NCBI GenBank assembly: GCA_021286765.1
Contig: JAJTBS010000004.1
Location: forward strand, 27,427-91,426
Direction: 5' to 3'
Length of the DNA: 64,000 bases
Source of the DNA: Holophagaceae bacterium
GTDB taxonomy: Bacteria > Acidobacteriota > Holophagae > Holophagales > Holophagaceae
Shown here: one piece after another, positions 26,922 through 35,733 of the stretch
Layout: each line of letters begins with the position of its first letter
Position numbering within the stretch: position 1 is the stretch's first letter
Notes under the pieces: model-generated
Seen by the model: only the letters and a program-made list of their open reading frames with translations
What the model was told of the DNA's origin: nothing
Database searches by the model: none
Translations under genes and position numbers: made by a program

Positions 26922-27874
26922 TCACCCTCCGCCATCCCCTGCTGCTGCTGTTGGCAGGGCCCCTGGTGCTCTGGGCCTGGCGGGTGGTCTACCGGTGGGG
27001 CATCCCCTCTTCGCGGCCCTCCAGCCGGCTGGGCCGCCTCAGCTCCCACTGGATCCCCATCCTGCTGGCGCTGGCCCTGGGCCTTGCCGCGGCGGGCCCG
27101 GAGTGGCGCACGCCGCTGCGCGGCATCGCCCCTGTGGTGGACCTGGCGGTGGTGCTGGATGGCAGCAGCAGCATGCGGATCCTCGACCGCCCTGATGAAG
27201 ACCGCTGGCACGCCGCCCGGCGCACCCTTGCCCAGTTCGTGCTGCGGCGCCCGGACGACCGCTTCGCCCTCATCCTCTTCAGCGCCCACCCGGTGACACT
27301 GAGCCCCCTCACCGCCGACCACATGCGCCTGCTGCGCATGCTGGCGCGCCTGGACATCGACAGCCGGGATGATGGCACGGCCATCGGCTCGGCCCTCATG
27401 ACCGCCGTGCGGCGCCTGGAGGACAGCCCCGCCCGCAGCCGCGTCATCCTGCTGATCACGGACGGCGTGCAGAACCGGGGCCGCGTAACCCCCCTGGAGG
27501 CCGCGGAGGAGGCCCGCCGCAACGGCATCCGCATCCACGCCGTGGCCCTGGGCAGCAACGGCGAAAGCCTCGTGCCCCTGGAAGGCGGCGGCTTCGCCCG
27601 CCTCCGGGTGGAGGTGGATCACGCCACCCTGCAGCAGGTGGCCCACCTCACGGGCGGGGAATCCTTCAGCGCCGAGGACCCGGCCGGCCTGGAGAACAGC
27701 CTGGCCGCGGTGGATCGCCTGGAGAAGACGCTGCTGCCCGTGGACCCACCCACGGAAGGGCGGCCGATGGCCCTGTGGTGCCTTCTGGCTGCCGCGGTGC
27801 TGGCGCTCCCCCTCGCCACAGATCTGGCCTTCAAGCGCGGCAGGCCGCGACCTGCCTGGGTGGAGGGGCCATGA
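26918..27874 (+). CDS. vWA-domain membrane protein (BatA-like)
   Basis: MIDAS D-G-S-S-S, DR.ALI.F, PLT.DH, GTAIG.AL, ILLITDG.QN.G, P.EAA..A...GI.I..V. Confidence 0.9.
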   Translation: MITLRHPLLLLLAGPLVLWAWRVVYRWGIPSSRPSSRLGRLSSHWIPILLALALGLAAAGPEWRTPLRGIAPVVDLAVVLDGSSSMRILDRPDEDRWHAARRTLAQFVLRRPDDRFALILFSAHPVTLSPLTADHMRLLRMLARLDIDSRDDGTAIGSALMTAVRRLEDSPARSRVILLITDGVQNRGRVTPLEAAEEARRNGIRIHAVALGSNGESLVPLEGGGFARLRVEVDHATLQQVAHLTGGESFSAEDPAGLENSLAAVDRLEKTLLPVDPPTEGRPMALWCLLAAAVLALPLATDLAFKRGRPRPAWVEGP

Positions 27875-29400
27875 GCCTGCCCTTCTCCCATCCCTGGGCA
27901 CTGGCCCCGACCGGCGGCATCGTCCTGTTGGTGGTGGCCCTGGCCGTGCGCGCCCACCTCCGGCCCGGTCTCGGCGTGCAGGTGGTGGGCCAGCGTCCCC
28001 TCTGGCAGGGCCTGGGCATGGCCCTGATGGTCGCCGGACTTGGGATCGGCCTGGCAGAGCCCCGCTGGGGTCTGCCGGAGTTCCCCAGGCTGACCGTGCA
28101 TGTGGTGCTGGATGCCAGCCGCTCGATGACCGTGCCCGATGCGGAGGGTCGCACCCGATGGGCGGCCGCCGTGACCGCCCTCGACCGCATCTGGTCGAGG
28201 CCCCAGCCCGGCATCCGGTGGGCCCTGGACTTGCTGACGGGCGATGACATCCCCATCCATCCCCCAGGCGAGGACCGCACCCTGCTGCGGGAGGCCCTGC
28301 GGGCCGTGGTGCCCGGCGAAGTCGGCTCGCCCGGCACCAGCCTGGGCCGGGGCCTTCCCCAGGTGGCGGCGCAGGTGGACCGCGACCTGCCCGCCGTGAT
28401 CCTGCTCCTCAGCGATGGGGAGGAAACCTGGGAGGCGCCGGAGGAAGCCCTGAACCGCGCCGTGGAACCCCTCAAGCGGGCCCGGATCCCGGTCTGCGTG
28501 CTGGCCTACGGGGACGGGCACGCCCATGCGGTGCCGGCCCGAGCCCAGGCCTTGGCGGATCAGGCCCGGGGCGCGGTGGCCCCCGGGCCCGAGCCTGCCA
28601 CCAGCACCGCCCGCCCCGAATTCATGGCCCGCCTGGCCCAGGCCACCCAGGGGCAGGTGTTCAAGGATGGCGAGGACGCCGCCGCGGGGCTCCAGGCCTT
28701 GGCTGCCGGCAGGCTGCCCCTGCCCGCCCGGCGCTCCCTGCAGCCGGCCCACCCCGAGGTGGGCGCCTGGCTGGCCCTGGCAGGACTGGCGTTGTGGCTC
28801 CTGTTCTCAGGCAAGCCCCTGACCCGCTGGCGGCCCATCCTCCTGCTCCTGCTGGGCCTGGGGGCGTCCAGCGTGCAGGCCCAGGGCACCAGCTGGGCAC
28901 CACCCTCGGTGAAGGCCTGGATGGCCCAGCGGGCCATCGAAGCCGGCGACCTGCCCGGGGCCCGGAAGTGGCGCCCGGGCGATGCGCGGCCGGCCCACGT
29001 GCTGCTGGCGGCACAGATCGACCTGCGGACCGGGTTCCCGGAGGACGCCCTGAAAACCCTGGCGCCCCTGGTGGGCCAAGGCTCGCCGCGGCCCATCCCC
29101 GCCTGGCGCGCCCCGGCCCTCCTGCTCGCGGCCCGAGCGCACCTGGAATCCAGTCGGCCAGCCGAGGCCCGCGCATTGCTGGAGCGTCTGCTGCTGGAGC
29201 AGCCCGGTCAACGGGAGGCCATCCACGACCTGCAGACGCTGGTGAAGGATGCCCAACCGCCCCCGCCGCCCAACCCGAAGAAGCCGCCTCCGCCCCCCCC
29301 GCCCCGACCCAGCATGGGCGCCCAGCAGGACGAACTGGAGGGCCTCAAGCAGCGCCTGCCCAGGCCCCCGAAAACCCCGGCGGGCGTGAAGGACCTCTGA
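27871..29400 (+). CDS. vWA-domain protein (BatB-like) fused to a TPR-like/Pro-rich C-terminus
   Basis: VLDASRSM, PGTSL, LLSDGE, second TM pair, helical C-terminus ending in a Pro-rich tail. Start ATG 27871. Confidence 0.82.
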   Translation: MSLPFSHPWALAPTGGIVLLVVALAVRAHLRPGLGVQVVGQRPLWQGLGMALMVAGLGIGLAEPRWGLPEFPRLTVHVVLDASRSMTVPDAEGRTRWAAAVTALDRIWSRPQPGIRWALDLLTGDDIPIHPPGEDRTLLREALRAVVPGEVGSPGTSLGRGLPQVAAQVDRDLPAVILLLSDGEETWEAPEEALNRAVEPLKRARIPVCVLAYGDGHAHAVPARAQALADQARGAVAPGPEPATSTARPEFMARLAQATQGQVFKDGEDAAAGLQALAAGRLPLPARRSLQPAHPEVGAWLALAGLALWLLFSGKPLTRWRPILLLLLGLGASSVQAQGTSWAPPSVKAWMAQRAIEAGDLPGARKWRPGDARPAHVLLAAQIDLRTGFPEDALKTLAPLVGQGSPRPIPAWRAPALLLAARAHLESSRPAEARALLERLLLEQPGQREAIHDLQTLVKDAQPPPPPNPKKPPPPPPPRPSMGAQQDELEGLKQRLPRPPKTPAGVKDL

Positions 29401-29485
29401 CCGGCCGGGACCTCCCCTTGGCATGGCGAAACAAGGCGGCGGCCCAGAGGCCGCCGCGCGGGAATTGAGGATGGTGGGGCTTCGT

Positions 29486-29893
29486 CTACTTCGCGTTCAA
29501 CCAGGTCGCGAACTCGGCACCGCTGCGGAAGGCGCCCACCTGGCGGCGGAGCTCCTTGCCCTCGGCGTTGAGGATCACCATGGTGGGGAAGGCGTTCAGC
29601 TTGAAGGTCTCCGAGAGCTTGGTGCCTTCGGCGACGGGCGTGCCGTCCCGCTTCTGGACCAGCGCCGAGAAGGGCACCACCTTGGCGAGGGCGGCCTGGG
29701 CCTCGGGCGTGGGGAACACGTTCTTCTGAAGATGGAGGCAGGGGCCGCACCACTCGGTCCACAGGTCCATGAAAACGACCTTCTTCTCGGCCTTGGCCCG
29801 CTTGAGGGCGGATTGGTAGTCATGCTCCCACTTGACGGTGTCCGCGGCAAAGGCCGGGGCGGCGATGAGAAGCAGGGCGACGAGGGCTTTCAT
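29486..29893 (-). CDS. Exported thioredoxin-family protein
   Basis: Signal peptide, AL..AK.E.K.V..D..T.WCGPC, cis-Pro loop AFPT. Confidence 0.9.
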   Translation of the reverse strand: MKALVALLLIAAPAFAADTVKWEHDYQSALKRAKAEKKVVFMDLWTEWCGPCLHLQKNVFPTPEAQAALAKVVPFSALVQKRDGTPVAEGTKLSETFKLNAFPTMVILNAEGKELRRQVGAFRSGAEFATWLNAK

Positions 29894-30058
29894 GCAGGGA
29901 CTCCAGGGAATTGGCGGACGGACCGCAGGATTTGGATGGAGGCAGGGCGGGTTTCGTTCCAGGTTTCAGGATACCCGGGCTAATCCCCTGGTTCAGCGGC
30001 CCGTAATCCCAGGCGACCCGGCGAGTGCCGAACCCCCATCCTTCCAAGGAGGCCGCCC

Positions 30059-30409
30059 ATGCGCGCCATCATGATCCCGCTGGCCCTGGCGGCCAGCCTC
30101 AGCCTTCCCCTGTCCGCCCAGAGTGCGCGGTTCATCAAGGTGGACATCGTCTCCAAGAGCGTGATGCAGCACCACCACAAGCAGAAGGGCGTGGACGGGC
30201 CCACCGAAGTCCACATCCGCATGCCCATCAGCCTGGCCAAGGGCGTGCTCGACATGGCCGGCGAGGGCGAAATCAAGGTCAACGGAGAAACCAAGAAGGG
30301 CATGAAGCCCGAACAGCTCCAGAAGCTGCTGTCCGACGCCAAGGCGGGGGATCTGCTGCTGGAAATCACCACGGACAAGGGCGATCACGTCCGCGTCACC
30401 GTCGAGTAA
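30059..30409 (+). CDS. Hypothetical secreted protein
   Basis: AAGGAGG SD, signal peptide, host-like codon usage, followed by a terminator-like hairpin. Confidence 0.8.
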   Translation: MRAIMIPLALAASLSLPLSAQSARFIKVDIVSKSVMQHHHKQKGVDGPTEVHIRMPISLAKGVLDMAGEGEIKVNGETKKGMKPEQLQKLLSDAKAGDLLLEITTDKGDHVRVTVE

Positions 30410-30435
30410 CCGGGAGCCCCCATCCGTGCATCGTC

Positions 30436-30460
30436 AAGCCCCGCTCCGGCGGGGCTTCTT
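30436..30460 (+). terminator. Rho-independent terminator
   Basis: AAGCCCCGC-tccg-GCGGGGCTT followed by CTT. Confidence 0.65.
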
Positions 30461-30476
30461 CGTGTACGCTCTCGGA

Positions 30477-30869
30477 ATGGATTCTTTGACCGAACTCCGA
30501 GTGCGCTACGCCGAAACGGATGCCATGGGCATCGTCCACCACGCCACCTATCCGGTGTGGATGGAACTGGGCCGCAGCGACTTCCTGCGCAAGCTGGGTC
30601 AGAGCTACGCGGACTGGGAGGCCCGGGGCGTGCGGCTGGTGGTGAACGAGATCCGGGTGCGGTTCCGGGCGCCGGCCCGCTATGACGAGCTGGTCCAGGT
30701 GCGGACCTCCATCCAGGAGACGGGACGCCGGCGCATCATCTTCGGCTACCGGATCGAACGGGACGGCATCCTCCTGGCCGAGGGGGAGAGCATCCACCTG
30801 GTTGCGGGATCGGATAACCGCGCCCGGGTGCTGCCGGACGATCTGCTGGCCCTGATTCAGGGGCGCTGA
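30477..30869 (+). CDS. YbgC/FadM-family acyl-CoA thioesterase
   Basis: LRVRYAETDAMGIVHH..Y..W.E.GR hot-dog motif. Start ATG 30477. Confidence 0.92.
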   Translation: MDSLTELRVRYAETDAMGIVHHATYPVWMELGRSDFLRKLGQSYADWEARGVRLVVNEIRVRFRAPARYDELVQVRTSIQETGRRRIIFGYRIERDGILLAEGESIHLVAGSDNRARVLPDDLLALIQGR

Positions 30870-31501
30870 GGCGCGTCCGGGCTGCCCAAGCAGGTGGACA
30901 TCAGGGCCACGAGGGCATCCATGACCCGGCGCCGCTCCTCGCTGAAAGCATCGGTCTGGAAGCTTTGGAAGCTCACCAGCCCCACCGGCCGGCTGCTCCA
31001 CCCCAGCGGCACGCCATACCAGGAATGAGGAATGAGGCCTGTGGCTTGTTCTGCCGCGGTGAGCAGGCTGCCTGCGGCGTGTCCTTCCTCCATGGTGCGG
31101 ATGTAGACCGGACGGCGAGCCGCCAGCACGCGTTCGGACAGCCCCGCCCGGTCCGACAGGCGCCGGGATGGGTGGTTCCGGGCCCGGCCGCCTTCGTGGT
31201 ACAGCACGAACCGGAGCTGGTCCTGGTCCCAGTCCGCGATGGCCACGTAGAAGCAGGCGAGACCCAGGGGCTTGAAGCTGACATCGAAAAGGATCTGGGC
31301 CAGGGCCTGGTCGGAACCGCCCGGACGCATGCGTTCGAGGGCGCTCAGAAGGAGGTCGCGGTCCTCATCCAGGTGGCGGACCAGTTCCTGGGTGTCCTCC
31401 AGCCGGACCTGGACCGAGCGGCATTCGGCCTCCAGCTTCCGCAGGCGTTCATCGCGCTCGGCCAGCGCCTCGTCCTGTTTGCGGCCGGAGAACAGACTCA
31501 T
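30857..31501 (-). CDS. Coiled-coil + GAF-domain protein with no output domain
   Basis: Start ATG 31501 after GGAG. N-terminal coiled coil, then FY.A..D, GLS.RV....PV.I, SW.GVPL.....VG..S.QS....AF. Confidence 0.8.
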   Translation of the reverse strand: MSLFSGRKQDEALAERDERLRKLEAECRSVQVRLEDTQELVRHLDEDRDLLLSALERMRPGGSDQALAQILFDVSFKPLGLACFYVAIADWDQDQLRFVLYHEGGRARNHPSRRLSDRAGLSERVLAARRPVYIRTMEEGHAAGSLLTAAEQATGLIPHSWYGVPLGWSSRPVGLVSFQSFQTDAFSEERRRVMDALVALMSTCLGSPDAPQRP

Positions 31502-31552
31502 CGGATCTCCAGGAGGCTTTGGATCGAAAGGAAAAGGTGGTTTGCTAGAACC

Positions 31553-33004
31553 ATGAAGAAGATGCGGCGAACCCTGGCTCTGTTCAACACCCTGACGCGG
31601 CGGGTCGATCCCGTGGTCCCGATCCTGGATGGACAGATCTCCTTGTACACCTGCGGACCCACGGTCTACAACTACGCGCACATCGGCAACCTGAGAACCT
31701 TTCTCTTCCAGGACCTGCTGAAGCGGACCTTCCGGGCTGGTGGCTACGAGGTCAGCCACTGCATGAACATCACGGACGTGGAGGACAAGATCATCCGCGA
31801 TTCCCAAGGAGCCTTGCCTGCGGACGCCTCCAATGCCGAGCGGCACGGGGCCATGACCGCGCTCACGGACCGGTTCACGGCCATCTTCCTGGAAGACCTG
31901 GACACGCTGCGCATCCAGCGCGCGGACTTCCTGCCCAAGGCGACCGCCTACGTCCCCCAGATGATCCGATTGATCCGGGCCCTGGAGGCCAAGGGCCTGG
32001 CCTACGTTCGCGAGGGCAGCGTCTACTACCGCATTGCCGGCCTGCCGCAGTATGGCTGCCTGGCCCACCTGAACCGTGAAGGCATGCAAGCCGGCGCGTC
32101 GGTCGACGCGGATGAATACGAGCGCGACTCCGTCACTGATTTCGTGCTCTGGAAGGCCACCAAGCCGGGTGAACCCTGGTGGGACAGCCCCTGGGGCCCG
32201 GGCCGCCCCGGCTGGCACATCGAGTGCTCGGCCATGGGAATGGAACTGCTGGGTGAGCGGGTGGACATCCACAGCGGTGGCGTGGACCTCATCTTCCCCC
32301 ATCACGAGAACGAGATCGCCCAGAGCGAGGGCTGCCTGGGCCATCAGTGGGTCAACCACTGGGTCCACGGGGAATTCCTCATGGTCGAGGGGCAGAAGAT
32401 GGCCAAGAGCCTGGGCAACTTCTTCACCCTCCGTGACCTCATCGAGAAGGGCGTGGACCCCATCGCCCTGCGCTATGCCATCCAGAGCAACCACTACCGC
32501 AAGGTGCTGAACTTCAGCTTCGAGGGACTCCGCGCTGCCGAGAACGCCCTCAAACGCATCCGGGCCTTCCGCACCCGGATGGAGGGCGAAGGGCAACCCG
32601 GCGGCGGCCCCTGGAAGGAGGCCATGGATCCGCTGGCACGCCTGGAGCAGGCGCGCGAGGCCTTCTGGGCCGCCATGGCGGATGACCTGAACACCCCCGA
32701 GGCCCTGGCGGCGATCTTCACCCTGGTGAGCGACCTGAATGCCCAGGATGACCATGTGGCCCTTACCCGCGAGGAGCGTGACGCGGTGCTGGCGTTCCTG
32801 GACGAGACCGATGCCATCTTCTCAGCCTGGCCCCAGGCCACGGACAGCCTGAATGCCGAGGTCGAAGCGCTGATCGAGGCGCGGAGGGCTGCCAAGGCCG
32901 CCAAGAACTGGGCCGAAGCCGACCAGGTTCGCGACCAGTTGAAGGCGCTCGGCATCGTCCTCGAGGACCGCAAGGACGGCACCACGGGTTGGCGCAGGGC
33001 CTGA
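31553..33004 (+). CDS. cysS: Cysteine--tRNA ligase
   Basis: YTCGPTVY...HIGN, PWG.GRPGWHIECSAM, DIH.GG.DL.FPHHENE, KMAKSLGNF, DD.NTP.A. Confidence 0.97.
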   Translation: MKKMRRTLALFNTLTRRVDPVVPILDGQISLYTCGPTVYNYAHIGNLRTFLFQDLLKRTFRAGGYEVSHCMNITDVEDKIIRDSQGALPADASNAERHGAMTALTDRFTAIFLEDLDTLRIQRADFLPKATAYVPQMIRLIRALEAKGLAYVREGSVYYRIAGLPQYGCLAHLNREGMQAGASVDADEYERDSVTDFVLWKATKPGEPWWDSPWGPGRPGWHIECSAMGMELLGERVDIHSGGVDLIFPHHENEIAQSEGCLGHQWVNHWVHGEFLMVEGQKMAKSLGNFFTLRDLIEKGVDPIALRYAIQSNHYRKVLNFSFEGLRAAENALKRIRAFRTRMEGEGQPGGGPWKEAMDPLARLEQAREAFWAAMADDLNTPEALAAIFTLVSDLNAQDDHVALTREERDAVLAFLDETDAIFSAWPQATDSLNAEVEALIEARRAAKAAKNWAEADQVRDQLKALGIVLEDRKDGTTGWRRA

Positions 33005-33009
33005 AACGA

Positions 33010-33035
33010 AACGCGACCCCGACCGGGGCCGCGTT
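33010..33035. terminator. Hairpin between convergent cysS and pstS-like genes
   Basis: AACGCG-a-CCCC-gacc-GGGG-c-CGCGTT; T-rich tail (TTTCGTTTC) on the minus strand. Confidence 0.55.
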
Positions 33036-33052
33036 CAAGCCGGGTTCCGAGC

Positions 33053-34054
33053 CTAGCGGCTCAGGCGCTTGAGGGCGATGGTGATGAATTCCGGGGGGCC
33101 GGGGAGGAGGCCGGAATCCGCCACGGCATTCTGCCCCTCCTTCGTCAGGATGAAGTGGATGAGCTCGTTGACGGGAGCCGGCAGGGGGGCGCCGGGGGTC
33201 CGGTTCAGGTAGGCGTAGTAGAGCCGGGGCATGGGGTACTTGCTGGTGGTGACGTTTTCCTGGTTCGGGAACCGGGCGTCCTCCCCGTGGTAAGGGATCA
33301 CCGGAAGCACCTTGTTGGCGAAGTACCAGGACGACATGGTGCCGATGGCGATGCCGGCCTGATCGGTCATGACCGCCTCGGCCAGAGCGGAGGCATCATC
33401 CCGGTCCAGGATGCCCTGCCGGAATTCGCCATTGAGCAGGACCTTCTCCGCAATGCTGGACCGGGTGGCGGTTCCTGCGGCGCGGGTGTAGGCCTGGACG
33501 GGTAGCTTCGTCCACTCACCCTTCAGGCCGAGATCGCCCCAGGTGACGGCCGGGGATTTGGCACCACCGAGCCGGGACTTGGAGTAGATGGCGTCCAGCT
33601 GCTCCATGGAGATGGAAGAGATGGGGTTGTTCTTGTTGACGAAGACGATGTTCGCATCGAGGCAGACCGGGATGCGCATGGGCATGTAGCCGAACTTGGC
33701 CTGGAAGGCTTTGCTCTCCTCAGGGCTGAATTCGCGGGCGGTCAGAATGAGCAGGCTGGTGCCGTCCACAAAGGCCTTGACGGCATCCTTGGTGAGCTTG
33801 GGCCGGAAGATCAGGTTGGCTTCGGGGTGGACTTTCCGGAAGGCCGCGGACCACTCCTCCCCGAGATCAGCAAGGGCATCCGTGCCGATGAGGTCGAGGG
33901 GCCCCTTGACCTGGACCTGGGGCTGGTACGCCGGAATGACGGCCGCCACCTTGGCCCGGGGCTGGGCCGTCTGGGCGTGAAGGGTCCCGAGAGTGCAGAC
34001 CCCGGCCGCAATGATCAGAAGTGATGAAATCAATCGGGCGGGGGGAGTTCTCAT
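33053..34054 (-). CDS. PstS-family phosphate-binding periplasmic protein
   Basis: Signal peptide; DA..V.VNK.NPI..I...QL..IY, R...GT, ..Y.YP..R.YY. The N-terminal binding motif is divergent (GTD). Confidence 0.8.
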   Translation of the reverse strand: MRTPPARLISSLLIIAAGVCTLGTLHAQTAQPRAKVAAVIPAYQPQVQVKGPLDLIGTDALADLGEEWSAAFRKVHPEANLIFRPKLTKDAVKAFVDGTSLLILTAREFSPEESKAFQAKFGYMPMRIPVCLDANIVFVNKNNPISSISMEQLDAIYSKSRLGGAKSPAVTWGDLGLKGEWTKLPVQAYTRAAGTATRSSIAEKVLLNGEFRQGILDRDDASALAEAVMTDQAGIAIGTMSSWYFANKVLPVIPYHGEDARFPNQENVTTSKYPMPRLYYAYLNRTPGAPLPAPVNELIHFILTKEGQNAVADSGLLPGPPEFITIALKRLSR

Positions 34055-34362
34055 GGGGAATCCTCTCGAGGGATGGCCGCATCAAGAATGCCACCGTGTA
34101 CCGGCTTTCACGATGCAGACTTACAGTCAATGAATCCAAATTGGGGAGTAATTAGACGCCCCACGGGTCATGATCGTACACCCTGCCACCCTGGCCATCG
34201 GCTGCATGACAGGAATGGTGATGTAGGTCACGGACCGACCCAGGATGCCAGGCCATCGCGGCCTTTGCCTGCAGGGCCAACCGCTTCTAGGGGGTCGGCT
34301 CCTCCGGTAGACTGCCTGCAGGCACTTCGACTTCAACGCCCTGAAATCCCATTGGAATTCCC

Positions 34363-34719
34363 ATGCTCCGTGCAAAAAGCTGTCTCGCCCTTGCCGTCCT
34401 CAGCCTGTTTTGCGGGTCGCCCCTCCAGTCCCAGGAGGAGAAGAAGAGCCTCCCGGCCCACCACGCCAAGGCGGGCGTGCACTGCTACGACTGCCACCAG
34501 GAGGAGAAGCCCACCAAGAAGGCCGTGGCTCCGGATTCCTGCATGACCTGCCATGGCGACTACCCCGCCATGAAGGCCCTGACGAAGAACGCCAAGCCGA
34601 ATCCGCATGATTCCCACCTGGGCGAGATCCCCTGCACGGAGTGCCACCGCCAGCATCAACCCGCGGTCGTGAAGTGCCTCGAGTGCCACGAAGGGAAATA
34701 CAAGTTCAACCTGCGATAG
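34363..34719 (+). CDS. Periplasmic tetraheme cytochrome c (c3/small-tetraheme type)
   Basis: Signal peptide; CYDCH, CMTCH, CTECH, CLECH; extra His residues and NPH.SH motif. Confidence 0.93.
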   Translation: MLRAKSCLALAVLSLFCGSPLQSQEEKKSLPAHHAKAGVHCYDCHQEEKPTKKAVAPDSCMTCHGDYPAMKALTKNAKPNPHDSHLGEIPCTECHRQHQPAVVKCLECHEGKYKFNLR

Positions 34720-35704
34720 GGCCTGAGCCCCGCAGGGCCCCGGACACCGCCCCGGGCAGGAGTTCCTCCAGGCACTGGCGGCGCTGGCAGGCCCGCTCCC
34801 GGCAGGGGGCGCAGGCGATGCCGGTGCGCAGGACCGGCCCCGCCCCTTCCGGCAACCCCGCGACCACGGGATCGCTGGAACCGTAGAGCCCCAGCGCGGG
34901 AACGCCAAGCACCACGGCCAGGTGCAGAAGGCCGGTGTCCGGTGCGACCACGCGGTCCGCCTGCCGGAGCGCCGAGGCCAACTGCCAGAACCCCAGCCGG
35001 GGCAGAGCCTCCACCCCCGTGGCGGCAGGCAGCCAGGTCCGGAGTTCCTCCTCCTCCGGCCCCAGGGACCAGCGGAGGTCGTAGCGCCCTTTGAGCTCAG
35101 CGGCCAGCTTCAGCCAGTGGCGGAGGGGCCAGCGCTTGATGGCGCCGCGCCGGGAGGCGCCTGGCACCAGCACGACTCTGGGTTTGGCGTCCTGGAGCCA
35201 GATGGTGCCAGGATCGGGGAGGTCCACGCCCCTCAGGACCGCCTGGAACCTGCCAAGGCCCTCGACGCCCCGGCTCCGGCCAAAAGCCTCAGCCAGGCCC
35301 AGCGCCTGGTCGTACCGGGTCTGATGCCGGAACGCCAGGGGATGAGTCTGAAGCGAGCCGGCGAACTCCTTGGTGACGCCGTCCCCCCAGCGCTCCGGAA
35401 TGGATGCCAGCTTCGGAATGAGGGCCGCCTTGAGGATGCCGTGGAAATCCAGGCTGACCTCGGCACCCCGGACGAGCCCCCCCACCCGTTTCAACTCACT
35501 CAGCGCAGAGAAGGGATTCGACAGGCGCCGGCGTCTCACGATCACAGGCTCCAGCCAGGGGAGCGGCTCCAGCAGGAAGGCGTGGCGGTCCTCCACCACC
35601 GCCCTGAATCGCGCCCCGGGAAATGCTGCATGCAGGTTGGCCCAGGCGGGCAGCACCCGGAGGATGTCGCCGAGGGCGGAGAGGCGGAGCAGAACCAGAT
35701 CCAT
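34706..35704 (-). CDS. GT9-family glycosyltransferase (LPS heptosyltransferase-like)
   Basis: LRLSALGDI, K.WP, D.VV..DTGLLHLA..LG.P..GLYG.SDP. Confidence 0.9.
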   Translation of the reverse strand: MDLVLLRLSALGDILRVLPAWANLHAAFPGARFRAVVEDRHAFLLEPLPWLEPVIVRRRRLSNPFSALSELKRVGGLVRGAEVSLDFHGILKAALIPKLASIPERWGDGVTKEFAGSLQTHPLAFRHQTRYDQALGLAEAFGRSRGVEGLGRFQAVLRGVDLPDPGTIWLQDAKPRVVLVPGASRRGAIKRWPLRHWLKLAAELKGRYDLRWSLGPEEEELRTWLPAATGVEALPRLGFWQLASALRQADRVVAPDTGLLHLAVVLGVPALGLYGSSDPVVAGLPEGAGPVLRTGIACAPCRERACQRRQCLEELLPGAVSGALRGSGPIAG

Positions 35705-35733
35705 CCCTCCATCCTATTCGTTACGCTGGAAGC

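Noticed and set aside
29486-29893. Selenocysteine or stop-codon readthrough in redox proteins (thioredoxin, Brx, Fe-S subunit)
   Set aside because: All active-site positions are ordinary Cys codons and the ORFs end at expected lengths.
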